DNA of 64,000 nt from Octopus sinensis (taxonomy: Eukaryota). Made by a program: the position numbers and the translations under genes. Shown here piece after piece: positions 1-14,030 of the stretch (its first letter is position 1; every line of letters starts with the position of its first letter). The stretch spans positions 25,505 to 89,504 of the forward strand of contig NW_021833030.1 of NCBI RefSeq assembly GCF_006345805.1, read 5' to 3'. The notes beneath the pieces were generated by a model that was not told where the DNA came from, made no database searches, and worked only from the letters and a program-made list of their open reading frames with translations.

Positions 1-64
<64 letters not shown>

Positions 65-469
65 TGCATGTATGTATATATACCCATGCGTGTAATGGCA
101 GCTGTTAAAGTGTTCTTTTGTCATTGGAGTCTACTTAATATCTGTATGAAAGAAACAGAAAAAAACAACGTGCTTTTAGGTATATCGTTAAAGAGCCTCA
201 GGCTCAAAAGATGACATTTCATTATAAAACAGTTGAGAAGTAAACGTTTCTCAACTAACGAAGGCAGACCCAGTGGTCTCTAAATTTAGTTTCGTAAACA
301 AACCATCACCGGTTGTCAATAGGTGGACAATATACACACACATACACATATACAACAGAGAAACACACACGCATATATTAACGACCGGCTTTCTCTCTAC
401 CATGTTCACGCAGAAAGCAGTGATCGACCCGGGACTATAGAAGGTGACATATATACGAGTCGTTGCATA

Positions 470-586
470 GGCGCAGGCGTGGCTGTGTGGTAAGTAGCTT
501 GCTTCCCAATCACATGGTTCTGCGTTCAGTCGCACTGCGTGACACCTTGGGCAAGTGTCTTCTACGATAAACTCAGGCCGACCAAA
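470..586 (+). mobile_element. SINE family A, 5' part (tRNA-like head plus CORE-like segment)
   Basis: GGCGCAGGCGTGGCTGTGTGGTAAGTAGCTTGC...GTTCAGTC...ACCTTGGGCAAGTGTCTTCTAC matches the full copies at 22788, 48140 and 61055. Confidence 0.85.
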
Positions 587-682
587 GAGATGTTGTGCAA
601 CTGAAACCTGAGTGTCGTTTTGGTCTACTGAAAGCAGTTTTGGCAGAAACTTGGCAGACATGTGTCTCATACTGAAATCATC
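586..682 (-). pseudogene. Tc1/mariner (mariner-type) transposase relic
   Basis: Minus strand reads DDFSMRHMSAKFLPKLLSVDQNDTQVSVAQHL, resembling the mariner linker motif (L)GMRxVSAKFVPKLLTxxQKxxRVxxxQ. It is flanked by SINEs. Confidence 0.6.
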
Positions 683-838
683 GACTCCAGTGCGTAACTG
701 GTACTTAATTTATCAACCCCGAAAGGATGAAAGGCAAAGTTGACCTCGGCGGAATTTGAACTCAGAACGTAACGGCAGACGAAATACCACTAAGCATTTC
801 GCCCGGCGTGCTAACGTTTCTGCCAGCTCGCCGCCTTC
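683..838 (-). mobile_element. SINE family B
   Basis: Reverse complement of GGCGGCGAGCTGGCAGAAACGTTAGCACGCCGGGCGAAATGC...GAGTTCAAATTCCGCCGAGGTCAACTTTGCCTTTCATCCTTTCGGGGTTGATAAATTAAGTACCAG. Confidence 0.9.
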
Positions 839-1519
839 TTACCACACGACCATGCCTGTGCAAATTATATCCGACATTATAATAAACTTGTCAATCTACT
901 GACTTGGAGTGCTGCGTCTTTATTTTTTCATTCTAATCCATCCCCGAATATAATGGAAAATATAAAGTTGATCAACCTCGGCGACCCTTGAAGTGAGAGC
1001 ACATAGAGACGGAACAGCTATTGCGAAGTATTCAATCCAACGCTACAAGGACTTTGTCAATTGAACACCTTAGTAGTTTAGTGTCCAGAAAAAAAGAGCG
1101 TTAAAGGCTGCTACATGTATGTTGTCCAATATGGCAGCCATCGTAACGTCTATATTTTTCTCTGTTCTGATCTAACGATTTTACGTCTTAGTTTTTTTTT
1201 TTATTTTTTCTTTTTTCCTTGCTAGTTTAAATTTGATAACTGAGACGGTGGCAGATGTCAAATATGTTTGGGTTCACTACCTCAGTCAGCGAGTTAATAA
1301 AAATGTTGCTATAACATTAGCAAGATAGAAAAATAGTAGCTTTAAAAAAAAAAAAAAAAAAAGCAGACAAACAAGAAAAAGAAAACAGAAAACAGACGCA
1401 GAAAAATACTGATGAAACTTGAAACTAAAACCACTCATTCCATTTTTTAAAAAAAAAGTGTTTTTCCCTCTCATTCGGTACACTAAATATCATTTAGAGG
1501 AAAACATATCATGAGTCTT

Positions 1520-1580
1520 TGTATCATCATCAACACTCTCCTCCTCCTCCTCCTTCTCCTCTTCATTATCATTATCATCA

Positions 1581-1614
<34 letters not shown>

Positions 1615-2168
1615 CATCGTCGTCGTCGTCGTCATCATCATCATCATCAGCATCGTCGTCATCATCGTCGTCGCTGTTGCCTCCGTTGGCATAAAATAGG
1701 GTACTGCAACTCTAGCATTGCGGTCATCAGCAGCAGCAACAGCAATAGTAGTAGTAGTAGTAGTAGTAGTAGTTGTAGTGGCAATAGCGGTGGTAGAGGC
1801 AATAGTGGTGGTGATGGTAGAGGTGGTGGTAGTTGTGATAGTAGTGGTAGTGGTGGTGGTAGTTGTGGTCGTGATCGTGGTAATAGTGGTGGTGGTTGTG
1901 GTAATAGTAGTGGAGATAATGGTGGTACTAGTAGTAGTAGTAGAGGTGGTAGTGTCAATAGTGGTGGTGATAGTGGTGGTGGTTGTGATAGTAGTAGAAA
2001 TAGTAGTAGTGGAGGTGGTGGTAGCAGTGGTGGTGATCGTGGTAGTGGTGGTGGTGGCAGTATTTCTAATAGTAGTATTAGTAGTAGTGGAGGTGGTGGT
2101 GGTAGTTGTGGTAATAGTAGTGGAGGTGATGGGGGTAGATTTTTGTGATGTTGGAAGTGGTGGTTGTG

Positions 2169-2218
<50 letters not shown>

Positions 2219-2225
2219 GGTGGTG

Positions 2226-2272
<47 letters not shown>

Positions 2273-2290
2273 GGTGGTAGTTATAACAGT
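1520..2290. repeat. Compound triplet low-complexity tract (CAT/TAT/CGT, then GTA/GGT)
   Basis: Direct inspection. It produces poly-His/Gly/Ser/Val pseudo-ORFs in several frames. Confidence 0.95.
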
Positions 2291-2460
2291 ATGTAAAGGA
2301 TGACCTCCAGGATACATTCACCCGAGTTTCTTGACTCCGTCGTTGTTACTGCTGTTGTTGTTGCTGTTCTTGTTAAATATTAGTTTTCTTGTGATTATTG
2401 CATTTTTTTTCTCTTCCCTTCATTATTACTGCCATTATTGTTGTTGTTGTTGCTGTTATG

Positions 2461-2491
<31 letters not shown>

Positions 2492-3104
2492 ATGGTGATG
2501 ATAGTGTTCTTACATTACCCGCTGTTGTTGTTGCTGCCGCCGCTACTGGAGTACATAGTGGTGTTGGTACGACGTTGTTATCATAATGGCTGACATTTCA
2601 ACACGTATGTACCGTGTAATTATTAGTTTTGATAGCAACACACGGAAGACTTGGTGCTGCCAGGGTTAGATTTACTTCTGTGATTGTAATCTATGATATG
2701 TTTTACGCTTTGTTAGTTACTTGTTCCCGTGTTGTGACTCTTAATTAGCAACTAATATCTCACGATACGTAACGAACGTACTGCCTGCTCTTTGCGTAAG
2801 CGCGTAAACCCATCCATATGCATTTCTCTCTCTATCTCTCTCTGTCTGTCTCTGTTTCTTACTCTCTCATTCTCTCTCGCTTTTTCGCTCTTTCAGACAC
2901 AGACGTACGCACGCACACTGCCCCATATATCTGCCTCCAAGTTCACACAAATACATAAACACATACAGACGAACACATGCATACACATATACATACACAT
3001 ATACATACACATATACATACACATGTATATGTCTGTGTACTTGTCAGACACAACATTCTGTTATATAACTTGGTAATACACATGCAGACCGGTAAAGCTT
3101 GCTC

Positions 3105-3125
3105 ATATTATATATATATTATATA

Positions 3126-3207
<82 letters not shown>

Positions 3208-3328
3208 ATGGATGGATGGATGATGGATGGATGGATGGATGGATGGATGATGGATGGATGGATGGATGGATGGATGGATGGATAGATAGATAGATAGATA
3301 GATGGATGGATGGATGGATGGATATATG

Positions 3329-3384
<56 letters not shown>

Positions 3385-3610
3385 TATGTGTGTGTCTGTC
3401 TGTCCCACGCTACCGCTTGACAACCGGTGTTGGTGGGTTTACGTCCAGGTATGTTAGCGGTTCGGTAAAAGAGACCAATAGAATAAGTTACCAGTACCAG
3501 GCTTAATAAAAAAATACTTACGAGGGGATCGATTAATTCGAGTAAAAATTTCTTGAAGGCGGTGCCCCAGCATGGACGCAGTCTAATGACTGAAACAGGT
3601 ACAAGATAAA
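3105..3610 (+). mobile_element. SINE family A 3' half preceded by expanded (TA)n/(GGAT)n/(GATA)n
   Basis: CGCTTGACAACCGGTGTTGG...AGCGGTTCGG...GATAGAATAAGT-like...GGCGGTGCCCCAGCATGG...GACTGAAACA at about 3415-3600. Confidence 0.75.
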
Positions 3611-3965
3611 TGATATACATACGTATGGATGCAAATATTTATGTAATTTACTTTTTATCTTGGCCAGACATGTCAGCATATCTAGCCGTATATTCTCACA
3701 GGTATCTACACTACCTTGGAGAACACTGGTGCCACCAACTCAAGTTTATTATGCCAATGACAAATTGAAATACGATGTAATATATTTACAGGCGCCAGTC
3801 AAGTGGGGAGAAACAAGAAAATACTGTCCCGCGGGAATCGACAGAACAGTGGATCGATTCCCATGGGAGATAATTTCACGTTCTCATCTTTCTTTTTCTA
3901 TCCTTTATTGGCAATCGAAAATGTCTTGCATATTTTTGTAATGTTAACCATTATTACATAGAGTA

Positions 3966-4406
3966 CTAGCAATGTAACCCGGCGTTGTTCGGGTTTGTTT
4001 TTTAGTTGTGCTTAAAACGGCAGACTTTGATGGCGCGTTAACTAAGTTTTGAAATAGTTTCAGTCTTTTCTGAAAAGTAAAAATTTTGCATTATATAACT
4101 TGTTATTCTCTTTAAGGGAACATTTTTCTGGTTGAAATACACCGAAAAATGTCGACACAGTAGTTAAAAAATCGTAAAAAATAGGGATTTTCATAGAAAA
4201 AAAGCACCTTTTTGATGTGAACAATTTTTGGTTTTAACATTGTCCGATTTTAATTTTTTCTTCTACGGAATCAAGCGCAAGCCTTCTTCTATCATACTCT
4301 CAATTTTGGTCAACTTGCGCCGCAGGGTCTCGGAGGAGATAGTGTTAGTTGAAGGCTACCAAACCTGCCACACACGCACAGACAACTTCAGCTTTATAAA
4401 TATAGA
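3966..4406 (-). mobile_element. Non-autonomous Helitron
   Basis: On the minus strand it starts A|TCTATATTTATAAAG and ends with the hairpin CCCGAACAACGCCGGG followed by ...GCTAG|T. It is inserted between A and T with no TSD. A second copy lies at 36332-36728. Confidence 0.85.
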
Positions 4407-5053
4407 TTACTAACACAAACACACGCACACACTTATAGACATATGGCTATGTATGTCGGCATGTCTATTTATGTATCTAAGCGTGTGAGTCGATGCATGT
4501 TTATGTGTTTTTGTATCTGTGTGGTATGAATATAAAGAGTATCTAGCAGAAAATTCCTTTGTTATACTTAGGTTCAGCTGAATTATCTCCCTTGAGACGA
4601 AAGGCAATATGCTCGCTTTGCGAGGATAGCAATGAAATAAGTGTCTGAGAAAGTTTTGAGCTGAAATACTGAAAGTTTAATCTAATGTAATATTTCCAAT
4701 TTCACGCACAAACATTCGACTATTTCTCTTCATAATATAACGACATAATTGTCGTTATTGAGTATGTATTATCAAATTATTAGATCTCGAAAGAGATATC
4801 ACGATGGGATAAGAGCAAATTATTACAAAGAAAATTTGTCATTGGTATGTGGTATTATGCAGCGATTATCGAACATATTAAAAGTACAGCCTTACGCTCT
4901 CTGTACATATATACACATTTATATGCGTGAGTGTGTGTATATGTATATATAAATATATGTATGCGCATATATTTGTGTGTGTGCGTGTGTGTATGTGTGT
5001 ATGTATATATCTATAAATGTTATATATTATATTCATGTGTGTGCACACATATA

Positions 5054-5097
<44 letters not shown>

Positions 5098-5099
<2 letters not shown>

Positions 5100-5239
5100 A
5101 GTAGCCAGCTTACCGACCACAAGGTTCCGGGTTCAGTCCCACTGCGTGGCAACTCGAGCAAGTGTCTTCTACTACAACCTCGAGCCGACCAAAACCTTGT
5201 GAGTAGATTTGATTGACGGAAACTGAAAGAAGCCCGTCG

Positions 5240-5286
<47 letters not shown>

Positions 5287-5482
5287 TTATCCCCCAACAT
5301 CACTTGATAACCGATGATGGTGTGTTTACGTCCCCGTAACTTAGCGGTTCGGCAAAGGAGCCGACAGATAGAATAAGTACTAGGTTAACAAAGAATAAGT
5401 CCCGGGGTAGATTTGTTCGACTAAAGGAAGTGCTCCAGCATGGCCGCAGTTAGATGACTGAAAGAAGTAAAAAAAATAAAAG
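5098..5482 (+). mobile_element. SINE family A (5'-clipped) with internal (TA)n(TG)n
   Basis: GGTTCCGGGTTCAGTCCCACTGCGTGGC...GGAAACTGAAAGAAGCCCGTCG, microsatellite, then ...CCAGCATGGCCGCAG...GACTGAAA. Confidence 0.9.
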
Positions 5483-6220
5483 AACACACATATATATGTT
5501 TGGGGGGTGTTTGTGTGTGTGTGTATAGTTTAATAACAAAGCAAGAGAAATGCAACTCTATAAATAACTATATATTTTGTATAATCGTACTTTATTTTCG
5601 ATCGGAAATTTATCAAGGGGTGAAAAATTTCATACATCGCACAAGTATGTTAGTGGCATAATCGAAACTCTTAGGTCTTGATCCAAGTTTGTGAGCCATT
5701 TACCAATTAAAAATAATGGTAAAAAAATGTTTACATACTCAGGTCACACACGGACGCACATACAGACACACACATGCACTAACGCATACACACATACAGA
5801 TACACACAAAGATACAGTCTCACTCATGCAGATACACCCATATAGATGTACATACATATTTAAAAATTGCTTGAGAACTTCAGCAAGACTAAAAGAATTT
5901 TTAGTTACTTTTTTATCAAAATATGCTACCGATTTCAATCGCTCAAAAAGACGATTTAGTTATACTGCGATGAAAGGAAAAATAAATTGAAATGGATTAA
6001 ATTAATTAAATGTTTGAGGATATCGGTTCTGGAAGTTCACATTTCTGTCTTACAAAAATGACACGGTGCCAGTATTTCATATCCTTCCAATGTGTACTGA
6101 GTTGTTGAAATAGAAGCAACAGTAACATTTCAAGCAGTGCTGTTTATCTTTTTCTCTGAGAGACTATATGTAGTAGCAGCAGCAGTTCTAGTAGCTGTAG
6201 TAGTCTCTCTCTCTCTCACA

Positions 6221-6267
<47 letters not shown>

Positions 6268-7179
6268 GAATATTTAGAAACCGTTGGTATTTAGTTTTGA
6301 AGGAAGTTTCTTTGCTTGTGTGTTATGTTGTGTAATCGCTAAATTGATATCAGAAGAAAATCGTAAAATTTGGTTGTTTCTTACTTGCACATGTGTCTAC
6401 TTACTCACTAAATCAAATTCCATTCCTATATTTTCACTTGTGCTATAGGTCAGAGTTATGTGTTGTCTTAAGGTCCAACCGGTTTATCCCATATAACTCT
6501 CTATATGCATGGAGCATGAATCGCATAGAGTAAGTTTTTGAGATGCCTTGTTGAACTTATCTTTATTGTGAAGACATTATAATTTGCAATGGAATTCCGT
6601 CTCTTGTATCAGATTAAAACATACACCACAGTAGGGTCTTGCGCATTTTTCTACTGTTGGTCTTGCTGTTATTTTGTGCAGCTTGATCTTTGTTAATATC
6701 TGTTCATTGACTCGGCTGGTGTTTTATTCTTTATGCTGGCATACGCTTGAAGGATTTAGTGCAACCTGGAATCCTATTTGGATGTCGGTATATTTTGGAA
6801 TATGTTTTCTTAAGCCCCGTTGTTTGCAGGTTTGCATGTGGATATATATGGTGACAGCTGTGATTTTGTGGTAGTGGCTAAGCGGTGGTAGTTGTAATCA
6901 TCATGTTTGTAGTGGTGATGCTTACAGTGGCGGTATTGTCGTTATGGTGGTGGTGGTGGCATTGGTGATATGGTAACGTGGTAATGATGCTTCAGTGGTG
7001 ATAGGTGTGTTGTAGTTTTGGTAGTAGTGATGATTATAGCGGTGATATTTGTGCTCATAGTGATGATGAGGAAAATGGTGCTTACAATGGTGGAATGAGC
7101 CATAATAGTGTTGCATGTGGAGATTGTAATATTAGTGATCGTTGTAACGGTGGTTGTGGTGATGATGATAGCGTTGACG

Positions 7180-7219
7180 GTGGTGGTAGCGGCAGAAGTG
7201 GCAGCGGTAGTGGTGGTGG

Positions 7220-7250
<31 letters not shown>

Positions 7251-7567
7251 GGTGGTGCTGGTGGTGGTGGTGGGTGGTGGTGATGGTGGTGGTGGTGGTG
7301 GTTGCGGTGGTGGTGGTGGTGGTGGTTGGTGGTGGTGGTGGTGGTGGTGGTGGTGGTGGTTGCGGTGGTGGTGGTGGTGGTGGTGGTTGCGGTGGTGGTG
7401 GTGTGGTGGTGGTGGTGTTGGTGGTGGTGGTGGTGCTGGTGGTGGTTGTGGTGGTGGTTGTGGTGGTGCTGGTGGTAGTGCTGGTGGTGGTGGTGCTGGT
7501 GGTGTTGCTGGTGGTGCTGGTGGTGGTGCTGGTGGTGGTGCTGGTGGTGGTGCTGGTGGTGGTTGTG

Positions 7568-7602
<35 letters not shown>

Positions 7603-7665
7603 GCTGGTGGTGGTGCTGGTGGTAGTGCTGGTGGTGGTGCTGGTGGTGGTGCTGGTGGTGGTGAT
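7180..7665. repeat. (GGT)n / (GGTGCTGGT)n microsatellite
   Basis: Direct inspection. Confidence 0.95.
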
Positions 7666-8045
7666 GTTCTGAGAGTTTTACGTGTCGTAGGGAGGTGAAG
7701 TTACAGACGTTTCAGTGAAGGTTCTTCGTCGGAAAAAAAACAAAAAATATTTTGTTGCAACTTAACTGAATGACTTCTGCTGGAAAAAAAAACATTTCGG
7801 GGACTCCAGATTATATAGTAGAATGTAGAGGACGGACTGGAATACAGAGCAAACATAGAGATAGACACAATATGGAGATAAGGAAAGTAAGGTAGATAAA
7901 GTGAGAGGGGTGAGATAGAAAGAGAAAAGGAGAAGGGGAACGAGAGAGAGAGGTGCCGATTGTATGTTTGTGTGATTCTGTTTGTAAGTATATGTTGACA
8001 TCTATATGCAAGCACGTGTATATATATATATATATATAATATATA

Positions 8046-8091
<46 letters not shown>

Positions 8092-8282
8092 TGTGTCTGT
8101 GTGCGCGTGTGTATATGTATGTATGTATATATATATATGCGTGTGTATGCATATGTATATGTATGTATGTATACACACATACTGTGCACATATGATACAT
8201 ACTATGTGCAAACATAAATATATATATTCATAGATGTGTATGTGTGTGTATGTGTGTGTGTATGTGTGTTGTGTGTGTGTGG

Positions 8283-8318
<36 letters not shown>

Positions 8319-8774
8319 TATGGGTAGGTTCTGTGTGTCAATGACACCAATCAGCCGAATTATCTCCCATTAGCGAGTAGCGAAAAAGTGGCTGAGGCAT
8401 GTCACGACCGGCAATCAGCGTCTCTCTGAGTCGGCTGACAGAGAGAGACAAGGATTGGCAGGCCGTGTCAAATACTGAAGTAGAGGCAGCAGATGGGTGA
8501 TAGTGGGAGATAGGAGTTGGAAGAGGGAGTACGGTGCTGGATGAGCAGGAGGAGTAGGCGGAAGGGGAGGTGTGGGAAGAGAAAAGGTGGATGCAGGGAG
8601 AGGAGGGTAAGGGTGAGACGGAGAGAAAGCAAAACTAGAGTGAGAATCGAGGACAGAATTTAGAGAAAAACTCAATGTATGAGTACGAGCTTTCGTATAT
8701 TTGTATATTTGTATATCTGTTGTGTTTTTGTGTATGCGTGTGAATGTTTTTGTGTTTATGAGGGAAAGAAAGAC

Positions 8775-8817
<43 letters not shown>

Positions 8818-8966
8818 GTTGATAGAGAGAGGGAGGGATATATCTACATAGACACAAACATATGTACATATGTCTATATACATGTGTATAAAGAAGAAAC
8901 AGACAGACAGGGAAGGTGAGATAAGGGCACACACACAGACATACAGATATATATGTATGTATGTAC

Positions 8967-8997
<31 letters not shown>

Positions 8998-9105
8998 GTA
9001 TGTATGTATGTGTGTGTATATAATATGTATGTATATACATATGTAATATATATGTTGTATATGTATGTAATGTATGTGTATATATTATATGTATAATATA
9101 TATAT

Positions 9106-9205
<100 letters not shown>

Positions 9206-9212
9206 GTGTATA

Positions 9213-9251
<39 letters not shown>

Positions 9252-10195
9252 TATATATATATATATATATGCGCGCGTGTGTATGTGTGTATATGTATGT
9301 GTGTGGATATGATATATATATATATATAGAGAGAGAGAGGAGAGAGTAGAGAGAAAGAAAGAGGGGAAAGAAGGGGGAATGAGTATGTGATTAGTTAAAA
9401 GCGGATGAAAAGAGTCAATTAGAAAGTAAGCGTGAAGAAATGGTCGGAAAGAGGAGGGGGAAGAGGACAATGCTAGCACGCACATTCACACATATACACA
9501 CATACACATACACACACAACACACACATACACACAAATACGAACCCGAAACCCGAATTACGTACGCACTCAAATAGACTTACTCATGTCTATATGCGTAT
9601 ATACGAGGATAAATATTTATTTATCCCACGTACTTAATGTAATAAATAGCCAAATGCTACGCCTTTGTAGTCGTTATTGTGGTTTTGCTTCTTGTTGTTG
9701 TTATTGTTGTTGTTATTGTTTTCGTTGTTATTTTTGTTCTTCATGATAATGAACCCCAATGAGTGAGCCCTGGTCTACTAGAATCTATATTTCTTTTATC
9801 GTTTTGTCTTTTTTATTTTCCATTGGCTTCAGACATTGAACTCCGGCCCTGTTTGGGTAACACCTTCAAGGGATCAATCTAACGCATCCACCTCAGTACA
9901 TTTATTTTTTTTTTTAGTGAAAGAAAAAGACGAATGGTACTTATTCCCCCTGTCTATTTTGGCGTGCCACAAACCGACACCAGTTGTCAAGCGAGGGGAC
10001 AAAATGCTAAAACAACAAAAAAAAACACCATGTAATTTGTGGTAAATCATTTTACCTTTGCCCATATAATACAGTAAATGAATTGATTGCATCGCAATCA
10101 TTAACATTTATGTATTAACTTTGTTGGGTACTTCACTATCAGTATATTGGATTTATGTTATCCCATGGAGGGTTGCATTTACAACCCATATCTCA

Positions 10196-10232
<37 letters not shown>

Positions 10233-10384
10233 GGAATATTATTCCAAACTACAGGGAAAAACTCAATTTATAAATACTTAATCATTGTTTATAAGTTTTA
10301 TCTTATATTTAATCTTTCTATAATGTAATTTTTCTAAGTTTTCATTATTGAATTGATAAAAGGTTGTTTTTTTTCTAAATTCCA

Positions 10385-10429
<45 letters not shown>

Positions 10430-11589
10430 AATATACAGCTAAAATACACCTACAAATGTTTCTACTGCATCGCTTAATAATCGTTACAATAGCAACCTTA
10501 TTGTAATACCGGTAATGTATGGTTAAGCTAATGTATTTAGAATTGTCCAACAGAATGTATCTCTAAATTCTTATCTTATGAATTATTTTGGGATTTATAT
10601 GCTAACCGTTGGATAACCTATTTTAAATTCCTAACTGTGAGCAAACCGGTAAACCTTCGGAGAAATCCTTTACTAATTACCAACATATGTATGTATGTAT
10701 GAAACAACTTAAAGATATGTGTGTGTGTGTGTGTGTGTGTGTGTCTGTGTGTGTGCGCGTGTGTATTCACACACACGACGAGCTTCCACTTTGTTTCTGA
10801 TTATCAAATTCATTCACAGGCATCAATTGGCTCAGGGTTATAGTAGGTCTTTGTCTAGGATAAAGCGCGGTGTTGTAAACCTGAACACCAAATCACGCAG
10901 CCTCCTCAAGCTGCGATATTCTTAACCACACAGCGATAATAAGTTATTTTAGCCGCGACAGCCTCGTCTTTTCTTTAGACATAGGTAAAACATAGGTGTA
11001 TTATGGTTAAGAGGGTTTCTCTGCAACCAAATGTTCAATGATCGTTGCCACCCTACGATACACGCCTCAGAAAGGATTAAGGCCTTAGCAGAATTAAGTA
11101 GACGGAAATTGTATGAAAGATCGCCAATCTCTCACGGTCTTTTTGTATGTCTGTCTGTCTGTCTAACGAACTAACTAGCTAACTAACTGACTAACCAGCT
11201 AAGTCTGTTCTATCTATATAGTACTTAAAATATACAGATGTACCACTTAAGTTTCATTGTGAGGATAGCATCTGCACTTCTTCTAGATTGTAATACTTCG
11301 TCCAAAGTACTGATTAGCACCTTTTCATTTCAGCAGACATAACAAATATGGTTAATTGTGATATGGAAAAGAAAACTTAATGAACGATAAGGAATAGAAA
11401 TGAACAAGGTATCACTCAGGATATTTTAGCACTTCAAAAATGAGAGTAACACAAATAAACAAAGCGCAACGAATTCTTTCTCAGACACCATTTTTAAAAA
11501 AATTTTCTCTCTCTTTTTATTTTCTCTCTCTGTTTATTTCCGTGTTCCTTTCTGTGATGTCCTGTACCCATACATGCATATATGAAGAC

Positions 11590-12014
11590 CCAAGTTCAGT
11601 CCTACTGCGTGGTACCTTGCGGAAATTTCTTCTATTATAGCCTCAAGCTAACCACAGGCGTGTGAGTGAATTTGGTAGAGGGGAAACTGAAAAAAGCCCG
11701 TTATACATATATATTTGCCTGTGTGCGTGGGCGTGCGTGTGTTTGTGTATGTGTGTGTGTGCTTGTGTCAGTGTTTGGCCCACCACCACCACCACCACCA
11801 TCACTACCACCGCCGCCACCACCACTTAGCAACTAGTGTTAGGATCATTACTGGGATCGATTCGTTAGACTAACATTCTCCAAGTGGTGTCCCAGGATGG
11901 CAGCAGGCTTACAAAGAATAGGTCCTTGTGTCGATTTGCTCGACTAAAGGCGGTGCTCCAGCATGGCCGCAGTCAAATGACTGAAACAAGTAAAAGAGTA
12001 AAAGAGTAAAGAGT
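11590..12014 (+). mobile_element. SINE family A (degenerate/composite)
   Basis: GTTCAGTCCTACTGCGTGGTACCTTG...GGAAACTGAAAAAAGCCCG, ending GACTGAAACAAGTAAAAGAGTAAAAGAGTA. Confidence 0.8.
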
Positions 12015-12793
12015 ATATATACACACACACACACAACACACAAATACACACATATGCACACGTACGCACACTGATACATACGTGTATATATGTGAGATGC
12101 ACTAATATATATTTACATGTATACAGTTATATGTTTATATTCTGAAAGATAGATAAATAGGGTTTTTAGTTCCATTGAGAATCTTTGAGTGGGTAATTTA
12201 ACCTTTGTCCTTTGACTGCGGGACGTAATTGGAATCTGACACGTTGTGCCAACGTCTCAAGCTATGAGGCTTAAAGAAGACGTCACATCTAGAATTGGCT
12301 AACTAGCGTTGACACCGCTAAGTTGGAACGGACATGGCGGATAAGGTCACAGGCTTCAGTCGGTTTGGCAAGAGTTCCAGGAAGATGAAAAGAAAGAAAG
12401 AAAGAAAGAAAGAAACATATAAACAAAGAGAGAAATGAAGAATGAATGAATGAATAAAAGAAAGTAAACTGAATTCAAATTATCCGTAATCTACGAACGT
12501 GTCTTCAGTATGTTGCAATAGTGAAGTGAATAGTGGCATCGCTTTTTTTTTGTTTGTTTTTTTTTTTTTCGTTGGTTTTGGTCGAAGCTGTCCTGAGTTC
12601 GCGTCTTGGAATCGCAGGTGATATTCCTGCTTACTCTTGTTGTCTGATGTTTTGATTAAAGGTCAGCTCTAGACGAGACTTGTTTCCAGACTCATTCGCA
12701 TCCTATATCTTTTATTTATTTATTTATTATCTTTTATTTGTTTCACACATTTGAATGCAGCCATGCTGGGGCACCACCCGGAAGACTTTTGTC

Positions 12794-13095
12794 CAGTGTT
12801 TACCAACCTATTTTCCCCCAAGCCCCACAATAACCTACCAGAAAAATGCATGCCCCACCGGTGATTGGAGAAAAGCAACTTTATTTCTAATATTCTAATA
12901 TTCTATTACAACTCTTTAATACAACAGAATCTGCCGGGAACTCTATTAGCAAGTACAGAGTACAAAAAAACGTACATTATTGAATAATAAAAAAAAAGAT
13001 ATTTACAATTACTTGTCCTACTTGAGAAAAGTTCTTTAAAATTTGGATCGCATGCTCCATCACAATTTTCTCAAGCCCCACATTGGGAATAACTG
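12794..13095. mobile_element. Possible hAT-type MITE
   Basis: Termini CAGTGTTTACCAAC / TTGGGAATAACTG resemble hAT (Charlie-like) TIRs. No clean 8-bp TSD is visible. Confidence 0.3.
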
Positions 13096-13229
13096 GTCGA
13101 GTTGAAGAAGTCGACACCAGCAATGTTTCTTTTTTTTTTGTTTCAATTTGGTACTTTTCATGAACCACTAAGTTACGGAGACGAAAACATTCCGGCAGCG
13201 TTGCCAAGTGATGGTGGGTACAAAAACAA

Positions 13230-13566
13230 GGGGCGAGCTGGCAGAAAGGTTAGCACGTCGGACGAAATGCTTAGCGGTATTTCGTCTGCCGCTACGTTCT
13301 GAGTTCAAATTCCGCCGAGGTCGACTTTGCCTTTCATCCTTTCGGGGTCGATTAAGTACCAGTTACGCACTGAGTCAATATAATCGACTTAATCCGTTTG
13401 TCTGTCCTTGTTCGTCCCCTTTGTGTTTGGCCCCTTGTGGGTAGTAAAGAAATAGGTATTTCGTCTGTCTTTACGTTCTGAGTTCAAATTCTGCCGAGGT
13501 CGACTTTGCCTTTCATCCTTTCGGGGTCGATTAAAGCCCCTTGTGGGCAATAAAGAAAAAAGGTTA
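13230..13566 (+). mobile_element. SINE family B with partial internal tandem duplication, nested in a SINE A remnant
   Basis: Full head and body, with the body repeated at about 13456-13545. 12-bp TSD GTACAAAAACAA at 13218-13229 and 13567-13578. Confidence 0.9.
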
Positions 13567-14030
13567 GTACAAAAACAAAAGCAGATACACATATATTTAC
13601 ACACACACGCACACACATATATGCGTCATGGGCTTCCACACACTTTCCATCTACCAAATTCACTCACAAGTCGTTGGAATCCCGGGGTTACAGTAGGAGA
13701 CACTTGCCTAAGGTACCGTGTTGTAGGAGTGAACCCGAAACCACGTGGTTGCCAAGCGAGCTTCTTAACCCCACAGCTATGCCTACCCCTGCATTCCTTT
13801 TTATTTTTGTAAGGGATCAATTTATATTACATTATCTTTATTTTTTGAACCCACAGATAATAAAAACAATGTCGAAATTGGCGTGATTTGAACGTATTGC
13901 GTTTTCTACTTAGCAATTAGATAAATACAATAACACAGAACAGAAATTACGCATGACTCTTTTTTCTATATATTAAAATCGTTATCAATTTATTGGTAAA
14001 TATAATTAAGCAGACAGTACAATGCTGATG

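Noticed and set aside
1483-2321. Gly/Ser-rich and His/Tyr-rich ORFs resembling structural proteins
   Set aside because: Triplet low-complexity DNA open in most frames on both strands, with no splice or signal-peptide evidence.
7700-7735. Hammerhead-like CCGACGA...GAAACGTC on the minus strand
   Set aside because: No stem I and only a 2-bp stem II.
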